A DNA stretch of 64,000 bases, taken from assembly GCA_965267575.1 (NCBI GenBank), contig OZ254086.1, positions 3,456,001-3,520,000 on the forward strand. Direction: 5' to 3'. The stretch is from Calditrichales bacterium. Its GTDB lineage: Bacteria > Calditrichota > Calditrichia > Calditrichales > J004. The translations under genes were made by a program, and so were the position numbers. A model generated the notes under the pieces. The model was given only the letters and a program-made list of their open reading frames with translations, was not told the origin of the DNA and ran no database searches. Shown piece after piece: positions 18,094-28,208 of this stretch (position 1 is its first letter; every line of letters starts with the position of its first letter).

Positions 18094-19331
18094 TCGATGT
18101 AAAGCTTTACTATTGCCCCTTTGGTAGAACTGCTGCCGAGAAGCTGCAGGTTCCTGCGGTAATGATATATCATCCGGTCGTCGGGATCGGCTGCCAGTAA
18201 ATGGCCATTATACGGATTCACCCGCAAGTCCGTCAGCTGAATAAACCCGTCGACAGAATTCAGACGAACACCTGACGCCGAAAGTTGCACTATTTCGGAA
18301 TTTACCCTGGAAGTGATTGCTATCCAAATGGATTCATCATCGGTATCGGCGGCAAAAGCACTGATAAAATCAGCTGTATAAAAAAGCTCTTTCGTCCCTT
18401 GTTGCGGATCGACCCGGTAAAGGCTGTCGCGTTCTGTTCGGTCCAAAATATAAAGCAAACCGGTCTTTTTGTTAAGACGCATTCTTACCGGATTTTTTAA
18501 GTCGAGGAGGATTGTATCTGTTTTTTGGCGGCTGTTATTGAAAACGGCAATGTTGCCGGAGGCGCGCTCCAGAACGTAGATATGTTGCGCGTCCAGCATC
18601 GCCATGTCCGTGGGACGCTGCAGGCCGTCGGCTATCAGGCTTTCTTCACCATCCTCCGGATTAATAGCGTAAAGCGCGCCTGATGAGTCGCTTACCCAGA
18701 AAAGCTTACTCTGCGGCTCAAAAAGAGCATCATAGGGTTGATCCAGCTCGCTGTTACCCGATAGAATATCAGCGTTTTCCAGGCTGAATATTTCAAAATA
18801 GCCGATCAGCGGGTGTGTAACGAGGCCGAGGGTGTCGGCAAAAGCCATGTTCTCAGGCCGCCAGGCCGTGCTGTGGCGCAGCCCGATGCTGGAAAGGTCA
18901 TAGCTGACATTAACCACTTCCCATTCGCGCCAGTCCAGCAGCCAGATATCGCCCGGCCCCGGGATGATACTCAGCGTGTCTGTGGGCAGTGACTCCAATC
19001 CGCTACCCTGGAGCCTCAAATAATAGAGATAAGGGTCATCGCTAAACGACGCTGTTTCTTCAAAGCGCCGCGTGCCTCTTGGTAGCTGGCGGTACAGGGA
19101 AAAATTGTTTTCGCCCGGCGCCTTACGGTAGATATTAAAGGATTCATAATCCAGGGAGCGGGGCGTGTTCCAGAACAGGATAATCGAAGAATCCCGCGAC
19201 GTGACGGTAAAACCGATGTTGAGCTTATCGGCAGAAGATTGCGGATCAAACACACTGCTCCGTTCACGCTCCGAGCATGATAAACAGAGCAGTACGGTAA
19301 ATGTGCATGCTAGAAGAAATTTATAAGGCAC
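18090..19331 (-). CDS. Putative lipoprotein with FN3-like and beta-propeller (NHL-like) domains
   Basis: Lipobox LCLS-C, FN3-like 'LFWN...FNIYRK...YLYYL', and repeated 'L..P.D/ W/Y V D' blades. GTG start; overlaps the phosphatase start by 4 nt. Confidence 0.65.
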   Translation of the reverse strand: MPYKFLLACTFTVLLCLSCSERERSSVFDPQSSADKLNIGFTVTSRDSSIILFWNTPRSLDYESFNIYRKAPGENNFSLYRQLPRGTRRFEETASFSDDPYLYYLRLQGSGLESLPTDTLSIIPGPGDIWLLDWREWEVVNVSYDLSSIGLRHSTAWRPENMAFADTLGLVTHPLIGYFEIFSLENADILSGNSELDQPYDALFEPQSKLFWVSDSSGALYAINPEDGEESLIADGLQRPTDMAMLDAQHIYVLERASGNIAVFNNSRQKTDTILLDLKNPVRMRLNKKTGLLYILDRTERDSLYRVDPQQGTKELFYTADFISAFAADTDDESIWIAITSRVNSEIVQLSASGVRLNSVDGFIQLTDLRVNPYNGHLLAADPDDRMIYHYRRNLQLLGSSSTKGAIVKLYIE

Positions 19332-19332
19332 G

Positions 19333-19890
19333 TTACTCTTGACAGTTCAAAATATGTGAAATGCTTTTATAAACACGATCTACGTGCTGGTTGCCATCGA
19401 TAGAATGGAAATGATCGTGGCTCTTGTAATAATCCTTTACGGGGGCAGTTTGTTCCTTATAAACTTTCAGGCGCTTACGGATGGTCTCTTCATTATCATC
19501 GGCGCGGCCACGTGCCAGCAGTCTTTTTATGATCTCGTCATCGGGCACTTTAATCTCGATGCACTTGAATGGTGGCATCTCCAGTTTGTCCAAAAGCTTT
19601 TCCAGGCTCTCAGCCTGCGGGATGGTACGCGGAAAACCATCCAGTATAAAGCCATTTTTACAATCTTCCTGTGTAATCCGATCCTCTATGATTTTTATCA
19701 TCAGATCATCAGGGACAAGCTCGCCGCGCTCCATAATAGCTTGAGCTTTTTTGCCCAATTCTGTTTGCCGGCTTACGGCACTTCTTAATATTTCCCCCGT
19801 GGAAACCTGTGGAATATCATAATCTTCGCTTATTTTTTCTGCCTGTGTTCCTTTGCCGACTCCCGGCGCGCCAAATAAAATCAGATGCAT
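19333..19890 (-). CDS. adk: Adenylate kinase (short-LID type)
   Basis: GAPGVGKGTQ, STGEILR, GFILDGFPRT, RGRADD. Confidence 0.97.
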   Translation of the reverse strand: MHLILFGAPGVGKGTQAEKISEDYDIPQVSTGEILRSAVSRQTELGKKAQAIMERGELVPDDLMIKIIEDRITQEDCKNGFILDGFPRTIPQAESLEKLLDKLEMPPFKCIEIKVPDDEIIKRLLARGRADDNEETIRKRLKVYKEQTAPVKDYYKSHDHFHSIDGNQHVDRVYKSISHILNCQE

Positions 19891-19938
19891 TTTGCTTCTC
19901 CTTGAACCAAAGGCTCACTGTGTTGTAAATCCGTTTAA

Positions 19939-20991
19939 TTACACATTAAGTTTGTCGCTTTTTCTTTTACGCTCGTTGGCCGCGTAAAGCTGTCCGCAGG
20001 CAGCCTGGATTTCCCAGCCTTTGCGCTTGCGGATGGTAATACGGCGACTGTGCTCGTTCACATATTCTTCAAACTGCCGGATTTTTTCTGCCGGCGGGGG
20101 CGGATATTCCGGATCGGTAGAATTACAGGGGATGACGTTGATTTTGCAGGGAATGCGATGGGTCAGCCGCACCAGTTCACGGGCGTCTTCGGGCGACGAG
20201 TTAACGCCATCGATAAGCACATATTCGAATGTGATCATGCGTTTCATTTTTTCCGTGTAGTAGCGCGCGCCTTCCAGCAAGACATCAATGGGATATTTTT
20301 TTGAGATCGGCATGATCCTTTCACGTACGGCCTGGTCTACGCTGTTAAGTGATAAGGCCAGTGAAAACGGCTGCTGCTCATCGGCCATACGGTAAATGGC
20401 GGGCAAAACACCGCTGGTGCTGATTGTGATTTTGCGCGGTGACAGGTTTATGCCTTTTTCTTCGCTCATAATGCCGGCCGATTTGATAACCGTATCATAA
20501 TTCAGCATTGGCTCGCCCATGCCCATGTAGACGATATTGGTCGGGAAATCACCAATGGCATCACTCATCAGGATAACCTGTTCCAAAATTTCTCCACTGG
20601 TGAGGTTACGCAAAATACCCATTTTTCCCGTCGCGCAGAATTCGCAATCCAGCGCGCAACCTATTTGTGACGAAATACAGAAGGTGGTGCGTTTTCCCTC
20701 GTATATGACGACGCTTTCGATTTTGTAGCCGTCTCTCAACTGCCAGAGAAACTTGCGTGTTTTGTCAACAGGGGAAACCAGCTCCTCCAGTTTATTAAAG
20801 CTACGCACATAAAAATGCTCCTGCAGCTCGTCACGCAGATTTTGGGGGAGGGTCCGGATCTGCTGAATGTCATCCAGCCGGCGGGCAAAGACGGCGTTAT
20901 AAACCTGTTCTGCACGGAACCTGGGGTGACCTTTTTCTGTAAACCATTTTTCCAAATCAGTAAGAGAAAGGCCAAGTAAGGAATTTTTCAT
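19939..20991 (-). CDS. rlmN: Dual-specificity RNA methyltransferase RlmN
   Basis: CISSQIGCALDCEFCATG (CxxxCxxC), MGMGEP, AACGQL. Confidence 0.97.
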   Translation of the reverse strand: MKNSLLGLSLTDLEKWFTEKGHPRFRAEQVYNAVFARRLDDIQQIRTLPQNLRDELQEHFYVRSFNKLEELVSPVDKTRKFLWQLRDGYKIESVVIYEGKRTTFCISSQIGCALDCEFCATGKMGILRNLTSGEILEQVILMSDAIGDFPTNIVYMGMGEPMLNYDTVIKSAGIMSEEKGINLSPRKITISTSGVLPAIYRMADEQQPFSLALSLNSVDQAVRERIMPISKKYPIDVLLEGARYYTEKMKRMITFEYVLIDGVNSSPEDARELVRLTHRIPCKINVIPCNSTDPEYPPPPAEKIRQFEEYVNEHSRRITIRKRKGWEIQAACGQLYAANERKRKSDKLNV

Positions 20992-21074
20992 TGATTTGTA
21001 TTAATCTCACGTCTTATGTTAAAATCTAAAATTAACCAATTGCTACTATAATCTCAACAAGGGAAGCAGGCTTC

Positions 21075-22064
21075 ATGAGCTCCGATGATGTAAAAACAAT
21101 TGAACAGATTCACGACACCTACCAACGAATTGATAGCGAATTGCGCAAGGTTATCGTTGGGCAGAATGAAATCATCAAAAAATTGCTGATTGCCCTGCTT
21201 GCCCGTGGCCATTGCCTGCTTGTAGGCGTGCCCGGTTTGGCCAAAACGCTGATCATCAAAACCCTGGGTGAAATCTTGGGTCTTTCCTTCTCGCGCATCC
21301 AGTTTACGCCCGACCTGATGCCAAGTGATATTACGGGCGCTGAGGTGCTTGAAGAGGACCGCAGCACAGGCAAAAAAATGTTTCGCTTCATTAAAGGGCC
21401 CGTTTTTGCCAACATTATCCTTGCTGACGAGATTAACCGTACGCCGCCAAAAACGCAATCGGCGCTGCTGGAAGCGATGCAGGAATACCGCGTGACTACC
21501 GCCGGCCAGAGTTTTGACCTTGATATGCCGTTTTTTGTGCTGGCAACGCAAAACCCCATCGAGCAGGAAGGCACCTATCCCTTGCCGGAAGCACAACTGG
21601 ACCGTTTTATGTTCAGCCTGTGGCTGGACTATCCGGCCTTTGATGAAGAGATCACCATCGTGAAGCAGACCACGGCGTTGGAAACAAGCCTGCTGGAGAA
21701 GCAGGTGGACGGAAAGGATATTATGGCTTTCCAGGATACGGTGCGGCGCATTCCGGTAACGGACAACGTGGTGGAGTATGCGGTTAAGCTGGTTAGCGCT
21801 ACGCGCCATGCATCCGTGCATAGTGATGATAAGCTGCGCAACTGGGTGCGTTGGGGGGCGGGACCAAGGGCCTCGCAATATCTTGTTTTGGGGGCCAAGG
21901 TGAACGCTGTTTTGGAAAACCGTCTCTCGCCGGATGTTGAGGATGTACGCTTTGTGGCCGAAGCCGTTTTACGTCACCGGATATTGACCACCTTCAGCGC
22001 CGAAGCTGACGGAGTTACCGTTGAAGAGGTCGTAAAATACATTATTGATAAAATGGAAGTTTAG
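21075..22064 (+). CDS. moxR: MoxR-family AAA+ ATPase
   Basis: GVPGLAKT, RIQFTPDLMPSDITG, LADEINR, ATQNPIEQEGTYPLPEAQLDRF. Confidence 0.95.
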   Translation: MSSDDVKTIEQIHDTYQRIDSELRKVIVGQNEIIKKLLIALLARGHCLLVGVPGLAKTLIIKTLGEILGLSFSRIQFTPDLMPSDITGAEVLEEDRSTGKKMFRFIKGPVFANIILADEINRTPPKTQSALLEAMQEYRVTTAGQSFDLDMPFFVLATQNPIEQEGTYPLPEAQLDRFMFSLWLDYPAFDEEITIVKQTTALETSLLEKQVDGKDIMAFQDTVRRIPVTDNVVEYAVKLVSATRHASVHSDDKLRNWVRWGAGPRASQYLVLGAKVNAVLENRLSPDVEDVRFVAEAVLRHRILTTFSAEADGVTVEEVVKYIIDKMEV

Positions 22065-25000
22065 CGCACCAGCACCATCTTCTCGATTTTTTCCTCTTTC
22101 TGGTTACCATCGTTGATTGTGACTTTGTAAAGGTAAACGCCGTTGGCCAGCGTGTTACCGTCGCGGTCCAGGCCGCTCCAGGGGATGCGGTTAAAGCCCA
22201 CCCGGCTGACATAGCCTTCCAGTTTTTCTATCAACCTGCCGGAAATCGTATAGATTTTTACGGAGACCTCGGCGCCTTCACTGTTGCACTGGAAAGTAAA
22301 TTCCGTTTCGCGACTGAACGGGTTGGGGTAGTTGACCACATCCGTCATCAGCAGATCGTTGCTCTCGGAAATGTTGAATTCGATAACCGATTCATTGCTG
22401 TTGTTCAGATTGTCGAATGCCTGCAGCCGCAGTGTATGCTTTCCGGCGGCCAGCCCGCTCAGGGGATAGCGTATGGTACCACTGGTGTAGCTGTCGCGCT
22501 CGTAGGTAAAAAACTCCGATACGTTTACGCGTTCGCTTTCATCGACGATCAGTTCGATCTGGTGTCCCAACTGGCCGGTGATGTTGATGCCGCTTTCATC
22601 GCGCAGCGTGGCCAGCAGCACCGGGTTGGCACGGATCAAATCACCCGATGAGAAATTTTCCTGTCCTTCAAAAAAGATATCGATGTCAGGTCCGCTTGTT
22701 TCGGGATCAATCTCGGCCGAACCAAGAAAGAGCAGGTCATCCACATAGCTGATGGCCGTGCGGTTAGTGGCATCATCCCAGGCATAAACGGTAATGCGCC
22801 CTGTTTTCTCATTCTGGTAGCGGATGGATTTGGGAACGATAAAGTTACCCTGCATCTGACCGCCGGATACGCTCACTTCTCCTTTAAAAACCAAAGGTCC
22901 GAGCAAATCGTAGTCGAGCCCCGATCCGCCACCGGTATTTACATTTTGGTATTTGGCATCGTGCACCAGCATTACCGCGCCGCCGCTGAATGAGGCATTC
23001 TTGGAGCCCGCGTCATCTACGACCTCTGCTTTTACTTCGACGCGGCTTAACGCCTTAAGTGTGTCCGGGGAAACCTCGGTAATTTGCATCTCTTCACGGG
23101 CATCGGCCAGGTGCATCGTCGGGTCGGCCAGTAAATAATATTTTTGATCGTTTATATTATTAAAAGAATTTGATGATAGTGACCGCAACATTGCCTTACC
23201 CAGTGTGACGGAAGGCCCGCCGGATGGGAAAAGATTGCGGTAGAAAGTTCTGTTAAACTCAAAATTTTGCCCCGAATAAACCAGACGTGTGGAGGCGACC
23301 GTGCCAATCATCCCGGAGCGCTCTTTCCAGATAAGCGCTTCGGTAAAACTGATATCGTTGGGATCGTCGAATTTGGCAAAGTCACAGGTAGCCGCTATGA
23401 AAAAGGGATAACGCGCTTCGTTATTGATCTTGCTGTAATCGCGGTCAAAATTAAAAACGGTTTCGTGGGCCCATGTCGTAGGTGAACCATGGCCTACGTA
23501 ATTGATAATAAGCGATCCGCGGTTTATCTGGTTGAGCAGATCGCGGGTTGCCTGGGGTTTTAGCCTGCCAAAACCACCGGCACTCTCTTCATAGCGTGAA
23601 AGATAAATGCGCGAAATGTTGAATTTCGCCAATTCACTTAAACTGGCCAAATTTTCTGCCTGCTGCTGGTGAATCCATTCAATACGGTTTTCGTTACTGA
23701 CCCTTTCGTCATCGCCAACAACGGTGATGAACGTTTGCCAGCCATCACGGATAGGGTTTTCATCGTAGGTCTTCAGCTTTTCCAGAACGCGCTCGGCATC
23801 CAGGGCGTTTTCCACCGGCAGGCGCCCCAACGCCAGCGATGGAACGATCAAATGTGTTGAATTGGTATTCACGGTTATCTGAGCAAAAAAGTTATCACAG
23901 CTGCGCGAACCCAATTCATGGTCATCATAAATCTGGAAGGTGGGCACAACGCTGGAATCGGAGATCTCGATATTGCGGTAATCATAGTGGCCGTCGCCAA
24001 AAAGCAGCACATACTGCGGCGCCGGATCGCTCCAGTTGAAATAGGCATAACGGATAAAATTACGCAAAGCGACCGGGTCTTTTACGCCGTTGTTGAAATA
24101 AAAATATATATCGCTTACCGGCACAATCTTGCTGGTCAGGTTGTCGCGCAAATCGGCGATCTGGCCGGCGTAGTTTTGTAATGCCCCCGACGTGATAATG
24201 ATGAAATCCGCTTGTTGCGTATTGTCCAAAAGATTTGTTTGCGGTGTGACGCGCCTTACGGATGAGACTGTTTTAACGGCCGAGGCGCCTTCGCGAAAAG
24301 CATAAATATGGCGCGGGCCGTCACTGGCGGCTAAAGCGATAGAACTCTCAGAAGCGGGGGCGTTCTCTTTGTAGGCTACCGGGTTGGCGGGATCAGTTAC
24401 GTCCCATATATGGTAGGCCCCGCTGAAACCGGAAACATTGTACTGAATGTTTTGCGATTCACGTTTTGTGAAAAAACTCAGCATATCGTTGCGGGCTGAC
24501 AGCGATTTGGCAAAGCTCAGTTCAAACCAGTCCAGGTAGGCGACGCTGCCTTCGTTGGTGCTGGAATATTGTATGCTGATCGTGTTGCCGTTTTCCGAAA
24601 GCAGAGAGGGGTTATCTATCGTTCGGGTAAAAAACTGCCTCGTCTCGTCACGCATGGAAACACTGTTTAACAGGTTGGTACCGTTTAAGTCCACATTAAA
24701 GCGATAACTATAGACGGCATTATCGCCGTAGCGGATTCCGGAGCCACCCTTAAACTGGATGCGAAATTCAACAGGTTCTGCCGAAGCCGGAAGGGCAGGC
24801 AGGCCAAAGTTTTGCGAGAAACTGCCGCTTTGCCCGAAAAAACGATGCCCGTACCAGTCCGGGCCGGAAGCGAGCAGATTGTATTCATCTTTTTCAAAGC
24901 GGAAAAAATCATAAGCTGTAGACGATGGCTGCGGGTTGGACACCAGCAGACTTTCCAGCTCTACGCGTTTGCCGCCGCTGCCGTTTACCGTCACCAGATA

Positions 25001-25999
25001 GCTGTTCTTCGTGTCGTAGGGATGCATCTGGTAACTAAATTCGTCCTGCCCGGGCTCGTAAAAATAGCTGTTGACACCTTTGCCGAATAACAGGATATAA
25101 TCGTTGCCGTCAAACATGCCGTTGTTGTTGCTGTCGGTTATTTTTACAGGTATTTCTTGCGTGCTGGCCGGATTGTAAAAAGTAGCATTGGTGGCAAAAC
25201 TCAGCGCGTGGCCGCCATTGTTAAACACCTGCACGGCGCTCAAAGGCACGTTGTCCAGGTCGGCGCCGGCGTTGCGCAAGGTGGATGCGTTCAGACGGTA
25301 AATGCCGTCTTCAGTCACCTCAAATTTATAATGTGTCGCGGGGGCAATCGCCGCAGCCTTTTTTAGTGTGCGTGTGCGGGGCAGCTGCCAGTTTTGGGCG
25401 CGCTCAAAGTTGGCGATTACATCCGGGTAGAGATCATCCAATGCCGTTCGCTTCCGAAAATTGCTTCGGGGCGTGTCGTTGATGCCGCTGTAGCGCACTT
25501 CAAAAGTTACCTCGCTCCAGACGCGGGCGCTGTTGCTCTGCGGATTGTAGGAGACGGGCAAGAAGGTGACCGGCTGAATAGCCATGTCGCGGAAGATAGA
25601 CTGTGTTCCGGTTTCAAGCCGGCTTATTGAGGCGTTGCCGGTTTTTTCGTACTCCCCGTCCACGCGATAGGGCAGAAAATCGGAAAAGGTAACTTCCTTG
25701 CTGCTAATGATTCGCACATTCACTGCGCCGTTTTGCGGTATGCCAAACAGCAGCGAGCGGGCGGGCAGATCGTAGCCCTCTTTTACCGCCGGGAATCCTG
25801 CCTGGTCAAACATGATCCGCGCGTAGGAGCGTCCGTTTATTTCTGCGACAGTTTCCGTGCGGATATTGTCAAACGTGAGACGATAGATGTCGCTGTTTTC
25901 GGTGCTTTCAACAAGTTGCAGCCCGGGCACAGCGGCAAAGAGAGAATTAACACCAAGTATTAAAACAATCAGAAAAAGAAATCGCATAAAAGTTTTCAT
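22061..25999 (-). CDS. porU: Type IX secretion sortase PorU-like protein (peptidase C25)
   Basis: Signal peptide; C25 motifs LLFGDGHYDYR, LGRLPV, NYVGHG (His) and ATC (Cys); the PorU-like C-terminal region 'GPDI...DESGINITG..GH...AFDNLNN'; CTD 'NYPNPF...ANGVYLYKV...KMVLVR'. Confidence 0.85.
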   Translation of the reverse strand: MKTFMRFLFLIVLILGVNSLFAAVPGLQLVESTENSDIYRLTFDNIRTETVAEINGRSYARIMFDQAGFPAVKEGYDLPARSLLFGIPQNGAVNVRIISSKEVTFSDFLPYRVDGEYEKTGNASISRLETGTQSIFRDMAIQPVTFLPVSYNPQSNSARVWSEVTFEVRYSGINDTPRSNFRKRTALDDLYPDVIANFERAQNWQLPRTRTLKKAAAIAPATHYKFEVTEDGIYRLNASTLRNAGADLDNVPLSAVQVFNNGGHALSFATNATFYNPASTQEIPVKITDSNNNGMFDGNDYILLFGKGVNSYFYEPGQDEFSYQMHPYDTKNSYLVTVNGSGGKRVELESLLVSNPQPSSTAYDFFRFEKDEYNLLASGPDWYGHRFFGQSGSFSQNFGLPALPASAEPVEFRIQFKGGSGIRYGDNAVYSYRFNVDLNGTNLLNSVSMRDETRQFFTRTIDNPSLLSENGNTISIQYSSTNEGSVAYLDWFELSFAKSLSARNDMLSFFTKRESQNIQYNVSGFSGAYHIWDVTDPANPVAYKENAPASESSIALAASDGPRHIYAFREGASAVKTVSSVRRVTPQTNLLDNTQQADFIIITSGALQNYAGQIADLRDNLTSKIVPVSDIYFYFNNGVKDPVALRNFIRYAYFNWSDPAPQYVLLFGDGHYDYRNIEISDSSVVPTFQIYDDHELGSRSCDNFFAQITVNTNSTHLIVPSLALGRLPVENALDAERVLEKLKTYDENPIRDGWQTFITVVGDDERVSNENRIEWIHQQQAENLASLSELAKFNISRIYLSRYEESAGGFGRLKPQATRDLLNQINRGSLIINYVGHGSPTTWAHETVFNFDRDYSKINNEARYPFFIAATCDFAKFDDPNDISFTEALIWKERSGMIGTVASTRLVYSGQNFEFNRTFYRNLFPSGGPSVTLGKAMLRSLSSNSFNNINDQKYYLLADPTMHLADAREEMQITEVSPDTLKALSRVEVKAEVVDDAGSKNASFSGGAVMLVHDAKYQNVNTGGGSGLDYDLLGPLVFKGEVSVSGGQMQGNFIVPKSIRYQNEKTGRITVYAWDDATNRTAISYVDDLLFLGSAEIDPETSGPDIDIFFEGQENFSSGDLIRANPVLLATLRDESGINITGQLGHQIELIVDESERVNVSEFFTYERDSYTSGTIRYPLSGLAAGKHTLRLQAFDNLNNSNESVIEFNISESNDLLMTDVVNYPNPFSRETEFTFQCNSEGAEVSVKIYTISGRLIEKLEGYVSRVGFNRIPWSGLDRDGNTLANGVYLYKVTINDGNQKEEKIEKMVLVR

Positions 26000-26092
26000 C
26001 CGTTTTTGTCGCTAAATTGCGTCCCTTTATGAAAAGTATCAACCCCAAAAACCAGTAGCACTACAACAGAGTTTTGCCGCTTTCTGTTCCTG

Positions 26093-27850
26093 CTAAAATG
26101 TGTATAGCAATTTAAGGTAGCCGCTGTTATAGCTGAAATTGTTCTGTCTGGAATCTTTCAGGTAATTAACCGATGCCTGTGCCGCCAATGTGAGCCTCTC
26201 CGCCACGCGGTAATTAAACGATACGAACGGCCCGCGGTTTTGAAGCACACGGCTTTTGCGCTTTTCCGGAATATGGCGCCATTCGTTGCGCTCATAAAAG
26301 GAGAAACCCGCTGTAACGTTGGCGCGCCGGAACAGGCTTTTGCCGATAAACACGTTCAGGTAATACGTGTGCAAAGTCTGGATCAGGTTTTGTGCGAATG
26401 TCTCCTTGAAAAAACTGCCTTTTTCTTCCAACTCCACGCGGCCTTTGAAGCCCGTTTCAAATCCATTGGGCAACTCGTATGACAGAGAATCACCAAGGCT
26501 GAAGCGGCGTACGATAAAGCTGCGTTTGACCGCTGAAATATTGTCGAAATCATAGACGGTGTAATTGGCTATCACCTGCGCTGAAAGCCGGTTGCTGATG
26601 TTGCCGTGCCGGTAGTAAGCCACAGGCGCGATCTTGATGACGCGGTTCCAGTTGTTGTTGGCGCTGCGTTCGCTGGCCAGGTAGATCTGGTGGAACAGGT
26701 ACCCGTACATGCGCCACTCCACATAAAACAGCGGCGAAAACACCTGGCGCAAATTCAGATTAAAAATGAAACGCTGCTCATCGCGATCGTCTTTGTTGTT
26801 CTCATCGGGCGTGTCATGCTGCAGTTTTACATAATCGATATCAGCGCTCAGCAGGTAATCCTCATTAAAAAAGTAGCCAAAGCTAAAACTAAGCGCGCTT
26901 TGCCGCGTGCGGCTATCCGTGCTTAAACCGGTATTATCCAGGGTTTCGTCACTGGTGCGAAATGTTGTATTAAGGTTCAGGCGCTGCCCGATATGCGTAT
27001 AACCGACCCGGTTTTCTATGAAAAAGACATCGCGACTTGTAAAGTATGAGACATTTTTTGATAATATTCTTGTGTCGAGACGCAGGCGGTTTCTGCGCGA
27101 AATGTCATACGCCAACCTGTTTTCAAGCCCGCGGTCATACAAGCGCACTTCCAGCAGGTCGCGGCCCTCGCTGTCATAAGATTGTTTTATCGATTCTTCG
27201 TAGTGCACGCGCAGGGAGTCTGAGGTGAAATCGCTGAACTGTGTGCCCAGGTAAATTGCGGCGCGGTTGTTATAGTTTTGACGTTGATCGTAAAAGTCGT
27301 AATGTGAGGCCGCGCTGATATCGCCGCCGTATTCATCCAGCCGGAAATCCTCCCATTGCCCCTCCATGCCAACATCCCATCCCCAGTCTACTTTGCGGAT
27401 GTTGCGTGCCTGCTGGTAGCCGGCGTAGGGTTCCAGTGTAAGCCCTGCCAACGGGGCAATATGGCTGAAGAATACGGCGCCGTGATTGGCAAAATTGTTT
27501 TTGGGGCCGCTTTGGCGGTTGTTTTGCATCCAACTGGAAACGCGCATGCCGTTGCGCCAGCCGGAGTAGGGCGTGGGCATGGTAAAATCGGCATTAAGAC
27601 GATGCTCGTCTTTCCATTGTTTGCTCTCGGCGCGGGGTAAAATAAGGTTACTGCTGAATTGCTCGCTTACGCTCCAGGTCAGGCCGGCTAAAGTAGTATT
27701 GCGCGCCTCAATAAGACCGGACCAGTTCCACGTTGTATTCTGTTTGAGGAAATCGGTTGAGAAACGCAGGGGATAATCGTTCTGCGGCATGACAATCTGC
27801 CCGGTAAGCGGAAGGTAAATACATAGAATAAAAAGAAATGCCCTCATCAT
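26093..27850 (-). CDS. Hypothetical outer-membrane beta-barrel protein
   Basis: Signal peptide, alternating aromatic/polar strands, and a C-terminal Phe (YLKLLYTF). Confidence 0.6.
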   Translation of the reverse strand: MMRAFLFILCIYLPLTGQIVMPQNDYPLRFSTDFLKQNTTWNWSGLIEARNTTLAGLTWSVSEQFSSNLILPRAESKQWKDEHRLNADFTMPTPYSGWRNGMRVSSWMQNNRQSGPKNNFANHGAVFFSHIAPLAGLTLEPYAGYQQARNIRKVDWGWDVGMEGQWEDFRLDEYGGDISAASHYDFYDQRQNYNNRAAIYLGTQFSDFTSDSLRVHYEESIKQSYDSEGRDLLEVRLYDRGLENRLAYDISRRNRLRLDTRILSKNVSYFTSRDVFFIENRVGYTHIGQRLNLNTTFRTSDETLDNTGLSTDSRTRQSALSFSFGYFFNEDYLLSADIDYVKLQHDTPDENNKDDRDEQRFIFNLNLRQVFSPLFYVEWRMYGYLFHQIYLASERSANNNWNRVIKIAPVAYYRHGNISNRLSAQVIANYTVYDFDNISAVKRSFIVRRFSLGDSLSYELPNGFETGFKGRVELEEKGSFFKETFAQNLIQTLHTYYLNVFIGKSLFRRANVTAGFSFYERNEWRHIPEKRKSRVLQNRGPFVSFNYRVAERLTLAAQASVNYLKDSRQNNFSYNSGYLKLLYTF

Positions 27851-28194
27851 TGAGCGCTGCTGTCCACCCGGAAAACCTTTTCGTCAGGCTTTTTCATATT
27901 ATATTTCTCGCGGGCGATTTTTTCAATGTAATCCTTGTCGTTTTTAAGCCGTTCAATCTCTTCCATCAGGGTGGTTTTTTTCTGTTCCAGCGTCTCAATC
28001 TGCTGCTGTAATTCCTCTTTTTCACTATGATGGCGGTATAGGCTGATCGTACCGCGGTTGCTAAGCAGCAGCAGGTAGAGAAAAACAACCGAAACAACCA
28101 GGATGGTTACAAGCCCGCTGCGGCGCCTGATAAACGCCAGTACAGGTACTATTTTTTCTTTAAAGAAGGAGTTTCTTGATTTTTTGGGCGGCAT
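27847..28194 (-). CDS. ftsB: Septum formation initiator (FtsB/DivIC)
   Basis: One TM helix, a coiled coil and 'YIEKIAREKYNMKKPDE'. Directly downstream of eno, a well-known synteny. Confidence 0.88.
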   Translation of the reverse strand: MPPKKSRNSFFKEKIVPVLAFIRRRSGLVTILVVSVVFLYLLLLSNRGTISLYRHHSEKEELQQQIETLEQKKTTLMEEIERLKNDKDYIEKIAREKYNMKKPDEKVFRVDSSAQ

Positions 28195-28208
28195 AAAAAC
28201 AGCCTGAT

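Noticed and set aside
20997..21024. TTATGTTAAA (21014-21023) resembles the XerD arm of a dif site, and xerD is in the window
   Set aside because: The would-be XerC arm (TGTATTAATCT) lacks the inner ATAA and any dyad symmetry, and the site lies in an AT-rich divergent promoter.
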